A DNA stretch of 64,000 nucleotides from a virus (Duplodnaviria > Caudoviricetes). Numbering within the stretch: position 1 is the stretch's first letter; each line of letters starts with the position of its first letter. The stretch is from the IMG/VR virus record IMGVR_UViG_3300020598_000119. One strand, 5' to 3'. The notes under the pieces were generated by a model, which had not been told where the DNA came from, ran no database searches, and saw only the letters and a program-made list of their open reading frames with translations. Positions 51,900-62,245 of this stretch are shown one piece after another. The position numbers and the translations under genes are program-made.

Positions 51900-53537
51900 C
51901 TATCCTCTAGCAAAGAGCTTAGCGATATCCTCATTTTTCAAAAACGCGACGGTAGGCCTGCCATGGTTGCAGTATGAAGCATTGGGGGTCGCCTCGATTT
52001 CACGGAGCAACAGATCAGCTCGTTCCGGTGTCAGATCATCACCAGCCTTGATCGCCGCCTTACAGGCCGCTGTAGCCAACTTCTCCCACAGCGCCTCTTT
52101 CAAAGCGCCAGCGCCAACACCATCGACCGCACAGCGAACGACCAGAGTGACAAGCGACTTCGGCGAGACATCGGCTAGGACACTTGGCACCGAGATCAGT
52201 TGGACAATGTCTCCAACGACGCGTGTCTTGAAGCCAAGTTCACCGTACACCTCAGCCGCTTCATCAACACAGGCTGCATCCGAGAATGAGACATTCATTG
52301 AGACAGGCTCTGGATAGACGAACGCAGGGATCGTGATGCCATCCATGTGCTGCTTCAAACGCTCCAGAATGACCCGCTCATGGGCGGCATGCTGGTCAAT
52401 GATGACAATGCCATCTGCGGTCTCGGATATCAGCCACGAGCCATTCGTCTGGCCAACAAACTGTCCGAGCGGCAGACGACGGCGATCATCAACTCCAATG
52501 TCGTTCTCTGTGGCAAGCGTACGAGCGAGATCGGGAAGAGAGACTGGCGAACGCAGTCCGGAATGATCGAGCGCGTGCTCAACTGCCTGTCTCACGGCCG
52601 CCGCCACATCGCTCGGTCGCATGAAACGCACCTCAGCCTTCCGTGGGTGAACATTGATGTCGACCAGGCTGGAAGGAAGGGTGATGGCAATGTAGGCCTG
52701 CGGGTGCCTTCCAGGGCCGATCAAGGAGGCATAGGCGGCCTGAACAGCAGCCTTCAGCATCTTGTCGGCAACAGGGCGTCCGTTTACTGAGAGACGAATG
52801 CCGGATGCGTCAGAGCGCGCAGCAGTAGGGATGCAGGTGACACCGTCGATACGCATATCACCGACCTGATGAGCCACTTCAATACCGTTCCCTTGGAAAT
52901 CCTTGCCCAGAACGTCAGCGCAGCGATCCTTGATGCTCTCACGTGCCTGATAGCGCCCCTCGGTGCCATTGACCGTAAAACGGAAGTCGACATTCGGAAA
53001 ACAGAGCGCAGTCGCTGCCAAAACCTCTCGAATGGCGGCCGCCTCGGTCTTTGCCGATTTCTGGAATTTCTGTCGAGCTGGATGCCGTGCAAAGAGATCT
53101 GAGACCTCCACAATTGTACCGTATTGCCCAGCTGAAGGTCGTGGGCCTTGCAGAACTCCATGACGGCTTGTCATCACAAATGCGCAGTCCATATCGGCCG
53201 TTCGAGAGATAATCGCGACATCTGCCACCGTGGCAATGGAAGGCAAAGCTTCTCCACGATAGCCCAACGTCGAAACTTTCAGGATGTCGTCATCCGTCAG
53301 TTTAGATGTTGCATGCCGATGCATCGAAAGGGCCAAATCCTCCACATCCATGCCGCGACCATTATCAAGCACCTTGATATGTTCAAGCGCTGGTCCACGA
53401 ACCGAGACCGTGACCGATTTAGCGCCAGCATCGACAGCATTCTCAACGAGTTCTTTAACGACAGAAGCTGATCTCTCGACAACCTCGCCAGCAGCAATTC
53501 TGGATGAGATGTGAGGCTGCAAAACTCTTATTTTCAT
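51900..53537 (-). CDS. mutL: DNA mismatch repair endonuclease MutL
   Basis: IAAGEVVER..SVVKELVENA.DAGA, GYRGEAL, DINVHP.K.EV, DQHAAHE, ACK and CNHGRP motifs. Confidence 0.95.
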   Translation of the reverse strand: MKIRVLQPHISSRIAAGEVVERSASVVKELVENAVDAGAKSVTVSVRGPALEHIKVLDNGRGMDVEDLALSMHRHATSKLTDDDILKVSTLGYRGEALPSIATVADVAIISRTADMDCAFVMTSRHGVLQGPRPSAGQYGTIVEVSDLFARHPARQKFQKSAKTEAAAIREVLAATALCFPNVDFRFTVNGTEGRYQARESIKDRCADVLGKDFQGNGIEVAHQVGDMRIDGVTCIPTAARSDASGIRLSVNGRPVADKMLKAAVQAAYASLIGPGRHPQAYIAITLPSSLVDINVHPRKAEVRFMRPSDVAAAVRQAVEHALDHSGLRSPVSLPDLARTLATENDIGVDDRRRLPLGQFVGQTNGSWLISETADGIVIIDQHAAHERVILERLKQHMDGITIPAFVYPEPVSMNVSFSDAACVDEAAEVYGELGFKTRVVGDIVQLISVPSVLADVSPKSLVTLVVRCAVDGVGAGALKEALWEKLATAACKAAIKAGDDLTPERADLLLREIEATPNASYCNHGRPTVAFLKNEDIAKLFARG

Positions 53538-53968
53538 TAGGTGACCGGAAGCTTCGTGCAGTGGTCCTCAAACATCTTGAGCGATTTTATTACATCACGA
53601 GGAGCTACGCCCTTGGCAACGCAGGCCTCTTTAATTGCAACAACAAGCGCTCGTCCCCGATCCGTGCAGACAACGATAGCGTTTCGCTTATCCGAAGGAT
53701 CTTGACGACGTTCGATAAAACCACCGTCCTGCAGTGACTTTAGGGCGTAAGAAGCGTTCGAACCGACATAGTGACCACGTTTGACCAGATCATTCACGCG
53801 AGCTTCATTTTCACCAACCGAAACCAAGAAAAGCAGGTTGGTAATCGACATAGTGTCGGCTGCATGCGCGATTAGAATTGGCTTGGAAAAATCCGCAAAG
53901 ACACGCAAGCCGCGATCCATGGCAATCGCAACTTCCGACCAGTCAAATGGCTGTCTATTGTCGGACAT
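53537..53968 (-). CDS. MarR-family regulator (LdtR-like)
   Basis: RGHYVGSNASYALKSL...G.I.R.....DKR resembles the rhizobial LdtR recognition segment. Confidence 0.75.
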   Translation of the reverse strand: MSDNRQPFDWSEVAIAMDRGLRVFADFSKPILIAHAADTMSITNLLFLVSVGENEARVNDLVKRGHYVGSNASYALKSLQDGGFIERRQDPSDKRNAIVVCTDRGRALVVAIKEACVAKGVAPRDVIKSLKMFEDHCTKLPVT

Positions 53969-54175
53969 TCATGATCCTTAATTCGACATCTTCACAATTA
54001 GGATCAAAGAAACAAACGGGATTGGCAACCGCCGGTGCCGGATTTACTTATAAATAAGCCGAATTTCGACCTTTCAATCCCGATGGTTTTGTCAGGGCAA
54101 TCCAAAAAAGCGAAACCCTGAGAGCAGCGTTTCAAGCACGCCTGTCTCAGGGGCCTATCTATTTCACGGCTGTCC

Positions 54176-56143
54176 TCACCCGAAGATATCTACATAATCG
54201 TCTTCGAACCCGAAGGCGAATGACTGAGAATTTCTGCTTACCACACCAATCTTTTGCTGCTCACAAAAAGGTGCAATCAGATACTCGAAATTCGACTGCT
54301 GGAGAAAAACTCCTTTAAAACCAGTAGTAGGTTTGGTGATTTCAAGAATTTTTCTCGGGCGCGTCACAGCGACATAAAGTACGCGCTTTTCTTCCTCGAT
54401 TTCCTCGTAACCATTGGCGTAAGCCGATGGCATGTGGCCCTGAATAAAGGACGGAATATAAACGACGTCCCATTCCAGACCCTTCGCAGAATGCACAGTT
54501 GAAATGGTCACAGGGTTTTCTTCCTGCATTTCCCCTGTAATTTCCCGCTTTTTATCAATCGAATAATCGAGCGACATAGTCGAGAGGAAGCTATCAAGGC
54601 TTTCTTGGCCTTCGGCGAGGCCGATTACGGCATTGATGTCGCTCTTGCGACTGCTCCAGTCGTCATAGCGAAGCTTGAACAGGTCCTCAACGACAGCCAT
54701 AGCGCGTTCGAGTATTTCGACAGGTGGGCCGCCCGCTGCCAAAATCCGATATGCTTCCGAAATGGGGCCTGCATCTGGGCTTTTCTTGCACATATCCATG
54801 ATGATTTCGCACGGATCACCGAGGAATGATTCCGAAACTGCGTCAGCAATCTTGTTGTAAACCTGAGACGCCTTTTTCTCGCCGACTGTGCGGGCCATCA
54901 TCAGCACGCGAAGCCATGCGGGTTCATCCAACGGGTTGGCGGCACAACGAGCCATGCAAAGCATGTCCTTAATGTGAGCCGCATCATTGATCTTGATACC
55001 GCCAGAGACCTTATATGGAATGCGACGTCGAACCAGTTCAGCTTCAATGTGTCGAGCCGTATTCATCGACCTAACAAGGATCGCCTGCTCCCCGAGGTCG
55101 ACACCATCGTCCTTACGGTCGAGGATTTTGTCAGCGATGTATTTTGCCTCGGTCTCATAATCCACGACCTGAGTCATGATAGGAGTTTCACCGACAGCGC
55201 CTGGAGCTGGAAGCAGTTCACGATCAAAGCGCTCGCGCATGTCGCGGTCGACAGCGTTTGCAATCGAAAGGATTTCTTCCGTCGAGCGATAATTCGTGTT
55301 CAGCTTAATCGTCGTCGCATGTGGCCAACGCTCAATGAACTCAAACATCGTGCGAGGAGCAGCACCTCGGAATGCATAGATCGACTGCGCAGGATCACCA
55401 ACGACCATGACGTTCGGGTTATCGCCACCGAGCTTCGCCACGATAGAGCACTGGATAGCATTCGAATCCTGATCTTCATCGACCAGAACATACCTGAAGC
55501 GTTTGCGCACAGCCTCTCCGATGGCCGGATGGTCCATCATGTTGTCCCACGCAACCAGCAGGTCGTCGTAATCCAGAAGTCCGCGCGTGCGCTTGTAAGT
55601 CTTGTACTCGTCCGCACACTTCTGGAAGAAGTCGACGGCATAGGAAAATTCGGGGAAGCGGTCGTGGACCACATCGTCCAGCTGGCGCTTCGTATTGACC
55701 GAGAACGAATGAGCTTTTGCTAGGGCCGACCCCTTCGGCATGTTCTCATCCTTACCACCAAGAGAGACGGCGATTTTCTTGAAAGCCGACGTCACATCGT
55801 CTGGATCAAGGAAGGTAGGCTTTTCAGGCAGACGGAACATGCGATGGTTTTCAAGAACCAGCCTGTGCGCAATCGAGTGATACGTGCCGCCAACGACGTC
55901 AACCGCTGCTGGTGTGATCCGCTTAGCGCGATCCAGCATGTTCTTGGCCGCAAAACGTGTAAAGGTCAGAAGCAAAATCGAGGAAGGCTCGATGCCCGCC
56001 TCGACAAGTGCCGCAACACGGCGAGACAAGACCGTGGTCTTGCCCGAACCTGCGCCAGCAACAACGAGATATGCGCCGTCAACCGCTTCGGCCGCCTGGC
56101 GCTGTTCCTTGTTCAGACCCTGAAGGATGTTCTCTCTGCCCAT
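54176..56143 (-). CDS. UvrD/Rep-family helicase
   Basis: AGAGSGKT, TFT..AA, VDE.QD, VGDP.QSIY.FRGA, NYRS, TVHSAKGLEW and YVAVTR motifs. Confidence 0.95.
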   Translation of the reverse strand: MGRENILQGLNKEQRQAAEAVDGAYLVVAGAGSGKTTVLSRRVAALVEAGIEPSSILLLTFTRFAAKNMLDRAKRITPAAVDVVGGTYHSIAHRLVLENHRMFRLPEKPTFLDPDDVTSAFKKIAVSLGGKDENMPKGSALAKAHSFSVNTKRQLDDVVHDRFPEFSYAVDFFQKCADEYKTYKRTRGLLDYDDLLVAWDNMMDHPAIGEAVRKRFRYVLVDEDQDSNAIQCSIVAKLGGDNPNVMVVGDPAQSIYAFRGAAPRTMFEFIERWPHATTIKLNTNYRSTEEILSIANAVDRDMRERFDRELLPAPGAVGETPIMTQVVDYETEAKYIADKILDRKDDGVDLGEQAILVRSMNTARHIEAELVRRRIPYKVSGGIKINDAAHIKDMLCMARCAANPLDEPAWLRVLMMARTVGEKKASQVYNKIADAVSESFLGDPCEIIMDMCKKSPDAGPISEAYRILAAGGPPVEILERAMAVVEDLFKLRYDDWSSRKSDINAVIGLAEGQESLDSFLSTMSLDYSIDKKREITGEMQEENPVTISTVHSAKGLEWDVVYIPSFIQGHMPSAYANGYEEIEEEKRVLYVAVTRPRKILEITKPTTGFKGVFLQQSNFEYLIAPFCEQQKIGVVSRNSQSFAFGFEDDYVDIFG

Positions 56144-56146
56144 AGA

Positions 56147-56974
56147 TTACCCCGTTACTGCTAGTGCAAACTTTCGTTCCGCGATCACTGGCTCGGCACC
56201 ATCGACGAGGACATCTGCAAGGTTTTCGATCAACGACAAATTCGGAAGCTGAACCTGTTCAACACTGGACCGCTCGATTGGACCAGTCGGACGATGTTTC
56301 TCAGGGATGCGAGCCAGCTCTTCGGCTGTCAGTTCTCTCATCACCTTCACGCGCCTTACGAAAGCGCCGCGCCGGAAATCTTCAGGGAAACCATCAAATT
56401 CCAACCCGCGAGCGGACATCATCTCGCGCTGTTCACGGGATGAACGCCCACTAAGTTCGTTGGGCGAACAGACCGAACGGGCTGCCATGCTGACAGCATT
56501 ACGACGAGCATCCAGCTCACGCCAAAGGATCGCCTTGGCAGCCAAATCAAGTGTCGGAAAAGCGATAGCGCGACCGTCAAATGAGGGCAAACGATCACCA
56601 ATCAGGTCAGGGAACAGTTCAAGGCCCTTCATGAGGAAGTGAGCCGTCACATGCGCAGCAAAGCGACTGGCCAACTTCTCGTACCGACCACTGCAAGGCA
56701 GTTCCTGATCTGGACTATAAAGCAGGAAGCTCATTTCATCTGATTGTGTGTAGCCGATCCGGCAGTTGAATTCCTCAACCGTAGACTTCGTTGCGTAGAT
56801 CATCGCCGCTGAAATACGCGCGTCAAATGGCTTCACCGCATTCCGCGTGAACTTCGAAAAAGAAGCTCCGTCGACACGCACAACCATCGGCTCGCCAATG
56901 TTGGCTGCGCGAGCAGAATTCAATTTCTCATATGCCTTGATCTCATCACCAAGGACGTCGTCTACCTTGCTCAT
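56147..56974 (-). CDS. Thg1-like protein (tRNA-His guanylyltransferase / 3'-5' polymerase family)
   Basis: VVRVDG.SFSKFT...KPFD, GYTQSDE, FDGR, WRELDA.RN and RG.F motifs. Confidence 0.92.
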   Translation of the reverse strand: MSKVDDVLGDEIKAYEKLNSARAANIGEPMVVRVDGASFSKFTRNAVKPFDARISAAMIYATKSTVEEFNCRIGYTQSDEMSFLLYSPDQELPCSGRYEKLASRFAAHVTAHFLMKGLELFPDLIGDRLPSFDGRAIAFPTLDLAAKAILWRELDARRNAVSMAARSVCSPNELSGRSSREQREMMSARGLEFDGFPEDFRRGAFVRRVKVMRELTAEELARIPEKHRPTGPIERSSVEQVQLPNLSLIENLADVLVDGAEPVIAERKFALAVTG

Positions 56975-57128
56975 CACAATCTCCAAACACGGGCCAGGAA
57001 GACCCGTCATAAGCTTTTATTAAATCCCTCGAAAAAATAAAATTGTCAACTTAATTGAGCTTGGTTTCTTGCGTTAAAATTCATAATTATTATCAGGCAA
57101 AAAATACGAAAAAAGCGAATGAAAGAAA

Positions 57129-59495
57129 ATGAGAAAGCTGATTATAACTCGTGGCCAGCCTGGTTCTGGCAAATCCCACGCCCTGAAGGCAATCGGAATG
57201 GAACAATGGACCCTGTCTGCCGACAATATTCGGTCGACAATCGCCGCCCCATTTCTGACGAGTGATGGTCAGATGATCGTCAATCAAGAGGTCTCAAGCC
57301 GCGCTTTCATGATGCTCAATCAATTCGCAGCCGAACGCATGTCGCGAGGCGAAACGCTAGCGATTGACTCGACTCTCATCGAGCGCTCGAACTTGAAGAA
57401 TTTGGCAGAGATGGCGAAGCCTCATCGCTATGAAATCGCCGTGCTCGACATGTCGACCATCCCGCTTGAGTTGACGCTCAAGCAAAACAGCGAGCGGCAG
57501 GAGATCAATCGAGTTTCTGAATTCAAAATTCGCGAGATGCATGCAAAACTATTGGAAGCTGGTATTCGAGATGATGTCGATGACGTCACCATCATTTATG
57601 GCAAGGAAGACGGTAGCCACATTGCTGAGCTGGATGCGTGGCTGCGTGAGCCTGTTCATGACTTCAGCGACCGCTACAAAGGCGTAATTCACATTGGCGA
57701 TCTTCAAGGCTGCTTCACCGTTCTCGCGGGAGAGGGCGGCCCGCTGGCGAATGGATTTGACGACGACTACAAGTATGTCTTTGTAGGCGACCTGCTTGAT
57801 CGTGGCATTGAAAACGGCCAGGTGATGCGCTGGTTCGTCGACAATGCTCTCCACAGGGAAAACGTCACCCTTCTCTGGGGTAATCACGAAGACCATCTCG
57901 ACCGCTGGGCGCGTGGTGAAGATGCCACAAGCGGTGAATTCGCCCTCAGAACGCTTCCGCAGCTTATCAAAGCAGGGATTACTCCTGCAGACGCTGAAGC
58001 CGTCTGTCAGAAGGCTAAGGAATTTCTCCAGTACAATTTTAAGGGTGCTGAGGTTCTCGTTACCCACGCTGGCTTAAGCACATTCCCAGATAAGCCTCAT
58101 CTAATTTCGCTGTATCAATACTCCCATGGCACGGGCTATTGGGAAGATCCGATTGATGAGCAGTTCGAGCGCAACAGCAAGAGAGGCTTCCAAGTTCACG
58201 GACACCGCAATCACGGCAACGTCGATATTGCGGCGACCGAACACTCGTTCAATCTCGAAGACTCAGTCGAACACGGCGGCAATCTGCGAATTTGCACTCT
58301 CGATGGCAATGGCTGGAGCACCAGTGCATTCCGCAACTATGTCTATCGCCCGCTCAAGGAGCGCCTGGCTCTCGAAACCCAGATCACCGAAGTCAGAAAG
58401 GCCCAACGTAAAATGCTGCCTCATTGGATTATCAAGCCTGACGGCAAGTCGACGGAAATGGATGCAAGCCTCCTGAAGTCTATGCACGAGCATGAAGGCG
58501 TTCGTGAAAAGTCGAGCGAACTTTTCCCGCACATATATTCGCTTAATTTCACTAAAAAAGTTTTTTACGACCGTTCATGGGATGATGTTGTCGTGAAGGC
58601 TCGTGGCCTGTTTATTGAACGAGAGACAAACAAAATCGTTTCTCGTGGCTATGAAAAATTTTGGAATGTGGGAGAACGTGAAGAAACTGAACTCACTAAT
58701 CTCGCAAAGAACATGCAATTCCCGATCAGGCTTTACGTGAAATACAATGGCTTCCTTGGAAATATGGGGTACGACGAAAAAACCGACAGTCTCTTCATCG
58801 CCTCAAAATCTATGCCAGAGGGAAAATTTGCAGATTTCTTTAGAGATATTGTCGCACAACAGCTAACCAGCGTTCAGCAGGAAAAAATACGTCGATATCT
58901 TCGCGACACTGAATCGTCGATGACTTGGGAGGTTATTGATCCAGTAAATGACCCACACATGATCGAATATAACGAACCGAAAATAGTTCTGCTCGACATT
59001 ATTCGACGTTCTGCGAATTTTGAGAAAGCAAGCTTTGATGTGGTTGAAGCCGTTGGCCGGAAATTCGGTATCGAAACGAAGAAACTGGCGATGACGTTCC
59101 AGAATGCCGCTGCCTTTGCTGGCTGGTACAGGAAGGCGACCACCGACATGAACTACCGCGTCGGCGGGGAACATGTGGAAGGCTTGGTGATCGAAGACGC
59201 CGCTGGGTATATGACGAAGGTCAAACTGCCATTCTACGCGTTCTGGAAGCAGATGCGTGGCGTGAAGGATCGTATCGTTGCATCCCGCGAAAAAGGGACG
59301 GAATTCACGTGGTCGCATACGCGGAAACCAGACGGTGGGCAGCCTGATGATACTGAGATCGGGCTTGCTCATAGCTTCCGTGATTGGTGTCTGACGCAGG
59401 ACAGCGACACATTGAAGGCCGATATCATTACTCTTCGCAAGGCTTACGAAGCACATCTGGAATTCGGCCAGGACCTATCTGGCCCTTCGCTCTAA
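57129..59495 (+). CDS. polynucleotide kinase / metallophosphatase / T4 Rnl1-like RNA ligase fusion
   Basis: RGQPGSGKS P-loop and SAD; GDLQG, GDLLDRG, GNHE, HAG, GH; ligase ARGLF, KFWN, KYNG, EGLV, KVK. Confidence 0.9.
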   Translation: MRKLIITRGQPGSGKSHALKAIGMEQWTLSADNIRSTIAAPFLTSDGQMIVNQEVSSRAFMMLNQFAAERMSRGETLAIDSTLIERSNLKNLAEMAKPHRYEIAVLDMSTIPLELTLKQNSERQEINRVSEFKIREMHAKLLEAGIRDDVDDVTIIYGKEDGSHIAELDAWLREPVHDFSDRYKGVIHIGDLQGCFTVLAGEGGPLANGFDDDYKYVFVGDLLDRGIENGQVMRWFVDNALHRENVTLLWGNHEDHLDRWARGEDATSGEFALRTLPQLIKAGITPADAEAVCQKAKEFLQYNFKGAEVLVTHAGLSTFPDKPHLISLYQYSHGTGYWEDPIDEQFERNSKRGFQVHGHRNHGNVDIAATEHSFNLEDSVEHGGNLRICTLDGNGWSTSAFRNYVYRPLKERLALETQITEVRKAQRKMLPHWIIKPDGKSTEMDASLLKSMHEHEGVREKSSELFPHIYSLNFTKKVFYDRSWDDVVVKARGLFIERETNKIVSRGYEKFWNVGEREETELTNLAKNMQFPIRLYVKYNGFLGNMGYDEKTDSLFIASKSMPEGKFADFFRDIVAQQLTSVQQEKIRRYLRDTESSMTWEVIDPVNDPHMIEYNEPKIVLLDIIRRSANFEKASFDVVEAVGRKFGIETKKLAMTFQNAAAFAGWYRKATTDMNYRVGGEHVEGLVIEDAAGYMTKVKLPFYAFWKQMRGVKDRIVASREKGTEFTWSHTRKPDGGQPDDTEIGLAHSFRDWCLTQDSDTLKADIITLRKAYEAHLEFGQDLSGPSL

Positions 59496-59529
59496 TTAAA
59501 GGCGGCGGTGTCACACGGATAGGAAGCAG

Positions 59530-60000
59530 ATGGATTTTAGTAGTTGGAATATGCGACGCAGGCTGATCGACAAAGATTTTCGTGCGGATTTGGAGGCCAC
59601 CATTGAATGTGGGCCATTCGATGGTGGCTGCGTTATCGTTGCGCAGGCTCTAAAGGCAGTCATTGGCGGCGAAATTGTCGGTCTGGTAGACAAGGACGAT
59701 GCAGTTGGTCATGCTGTCATTCTATTGGATGGAAAGCTTTGGGACTACGATGGCCCGATGCCGCCAGTGGCATTTATCGCGCGCTTCAATCGCCTTGAAG
59801 CTCCATGGAAATGCGTCGGATACCGGACGTTTCATGAAAATGATCTTGAATTAGCCTATCGCGATGACGAACTAGTCCGACGCTTGGTTAAATTATTTCG
59901 TCGAATGATGCCAGATTTGGCAAGGCAAAAAGTACAGTCATCCACTCTCGATGAAGAGTCACAACACACCGTTTACACGCCCAGGCTTGGGCCATCGTAA
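59530..60000 (+). CDS. hypothetical protein with papain/transglutaminase-like Cys-His-Asp pattern
   Basis: GGCVIVA.AL...GHAVI...LWDYDG. Confidence 0.7.
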   Translation: MDFSSWNMRRRLIDKDFRADLEATIECGPFDGGCVIVAQALKAVIGGEIVGLVDKDDAVGHAVILLDGKLWDYDGPMPPVAFIARFNRLEAPWKCVGYRTFHENDLELAYRDDELVRRLVKLFRRMMPDLARQKVQSSTLDEESQHTVYTPRLGPS

Positions 60001-60153
60001 TGTTCACCCGTTTAATAATACGAATGAACTCGAATCATTTCGCTAGGTCGCCAAGACCACATCTATTGTTGATGTTGAAAACACCCATCTTTTGGATGCC
60101 GGTGGCGAACTGTTGTATGTTCGCAACGAATATTCAAACAAAGGCTTCATATC

Positions 60154-62124
60154 ATGCTTAAATCGATACTAGCTGCAGCACTCATTTCGACGTCACTGAG
60201 TTCAGTTGCATACGCTGACACGAAAGGCCCCATCCGATCCGTAACTCTCTCTTCGGGAGGTCTCGCAGAAATTCACAGAACGGCCTCCATCAAGGATGAT
60301 GGAAAAATCCTCATTGAAGTTCCCCTTGATCAGGTCGACGACATTTTGAAAAGCCTGATCGTGAAGGACAGGGAGGGGACCGTGAAGGGGATTTCTCTCG
60401 CTGGTCCACAGCCAGTCGAAGAAACATTCCGGACACTACCGTTCTCAGCTGGAGACCTGCAGAGCCTTCCACAGTTGCTCTCCAACCTTCAGGGAGCCAA
60501 GGTGTCTGTCACATCATCCGGCCAGGCGCTTCAAGGCAAAGTTCTTGGTGTGTCCTCAAAGCAGAGTGAGGAACGAGGCGTTCAATATGTTCTCAGCTTG
60601 CTGACCACGACAGGAAAGTTGACCAGCATGCCGCTGGATAGTTCGACAGAAGTCACCATAGAAGACCCAGACATTCAGGCCAAAATCGCTGCCGCAGTTG
60701 ATGCAGCAGGGAAGAGGAAGTCAGACGGTTCACGCGTTATTGCCATCGAAATGGGTGGCAAAGGCAACCGTGACATCGATGTTTCCTACGTCGTCTCGGC
60801 CCCTGTTTGGAAAACGGCATATCGAGTGGTGGTCGAGGACGACAAGAAGGCTCGCATTCAGTCCTGGGCCATACTTGAAAACGCCAGCGGTGAAGACTGG
60901 AAGGACGTCTCGATCACCCTGTCGTCAGGCGCTCCTGTAACACTCAAACAGCGTCTCCACCAACGTATCTGGAAAGATCGCGCCGATGTCGCCATCAGCA
61001 CAGCAGCAAACGCAGCCCCAAGGATGGATCGAGGTGAACTAGCGAGGCGTAATAGCGCCAGCATAGGTGCAAAAGCGGCGATGGCCCCGATGCCGACCAT
61101 GCAAGCGGCCGGAGCAATGGCCTTTGGTGCTGAAGTCGCAAGCTATGATATGGCGAAGGCCGAAGTCTCCGATGCGGTCGAAAACGACATCTCGACCTCG
61201 TTCACCATCAAAGGATCGCACGATGTCACGAACGGCGACACGCTTTCAGTACCTATCATTGACCAGGACGTCGATGCAGAAGTCGTGTCCGTTTACACGC
61301 TACATCAGTCGTCGGAAAATCCCGTCGCTGCTATCAGTTTCAAGAACTCGACGGGCGCTGGTCTGCCAGCGGGCATCCTAACAGTCTATGACAAGCACAA
61401 CGGCTATGTGGGCGATGCACAACTGCCCAGCCTTGCTCCTGATGAAACCAGGTTTGCAAGCTTTGCCACCGACAAGAAAGTGACTGTCACCCCCGACGCG
61501 AAGAACGGTCGAACCATCCGATCCATCAAAGTCGTCGACGGAGTGATCACGACGTCAGGCGTCATGAGAAATTCGACCACTTACACAATCTCAACGGCAC
61601 CAGATGCAGAACGAGCCGTAATCATCGAGCATCCGAAATTGAACGGCTGGAAGTTCATTTCAGACGCCAACGTGACTGAAACGACGACCCATTATCGCAT
61701 AAAAGTCAAAGCGCCAGCAGGAGAGCGCACAACAGTCAACGTCGTGGATGAGATGCCCCTCGACGAGAGCTACACTGTCGGCGACATCAACTCCTCGATG
61801 ATTGCGATGTGGGCCAACGACACCACTGACGAAACTTTGAAGGCAAAGCTCGAAGAATTAGCTGACCTCAAACAGAAGCAGATGACCGCTCAGTTTAGAG
61901 TAGAGGACCTAAACAGACAGATCGACCTCGTCTACAAGCAGCAGGACCGCATTCGCCAAAACCTGTCAGCAGTGCCGACAACAAGCGACATACATAAGAA
62001 GTATCTCCAGGCCTTGGAAGATTCAGAGGTCGCCCTCAAGAAACTCGAAGCGGACTCAGAGGAGAGCATACAGACATTAAATCGCTGGAAGGCAACAGTA
62101 GATGACGTCGTGAGAACCTTATGA
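60154..62124 (+). CDS. secreted DUF4139-like protein
   Basis: Signal peptide, VTLSSGGLA, DDILKSL, VSY...APVWK..YR, EN.SGEDW.DV...L.SG.P; coiled-coil end. Confidence 0.78.
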   Translation: MLKSILAAALISTSLSSVAYADTKGPIRSVTLSSGGLAEIHRTASIKDDGKILIEVPLDQVDDILKSLIVKDREGTVKGISLAGPQPVEETFRTLPFSAGDLQSLPQLLSNLQGAKVSVTSSGQALQGKVLGVSSKQSEERGVQYVLSLLTTTGKLTSMPLDSSTEVTIEDPDIQAKIAAAVDAAGKRKSDGSRVIAIEMGGKGNRDIDVSYVVSAPVWKTAYRVVVEDDKKARIQSWAILENASGEDWKDVSITLSSGAPVTLKQRLHQRIWKDRADVAISTAANAAPRMDRGELARRNSASIGAKAAMAPMPTMQAAGAMAFGAEVASYDMAKAEVSDAVENDISTSFTIKGSHDVTNGDTLSVPIIDQDVDAEVVSVYTLHQSSENPVAAISFKNSTGAGLPAGILTVYDKHNGYVGDAQLPSLAPDETRFASFATDKKVTVTPDAKNGRTIRSIKVVDGVITTSGVMRNSTTYTISTAPDAERAVIIEHPKLNGWKFISDANVTETTTHYRIKVKAPAGERTTVNVVDEMPLDESYTVGDINSSMIAMWANDTTDETLKAKLEELADLKQKQMTAQFRVEDLNRQIDLVYKQQDRIRQNLSAVPTTSDIHKKYLQALEDSEVALKKLEADSEESIQTLNRWKATVDDVVRTL

Positions 62125-62245
62125 ATTGATGCTTGCGTGCCAGCAAACCAATATGAAGGCATGACCAAAGGAGTGTTGTGTCTTCATTATTGAGCCGAGC
62201 AACAGAAAACCCGTATCGCTACACAACATTCCTCTGTCTCTACTG

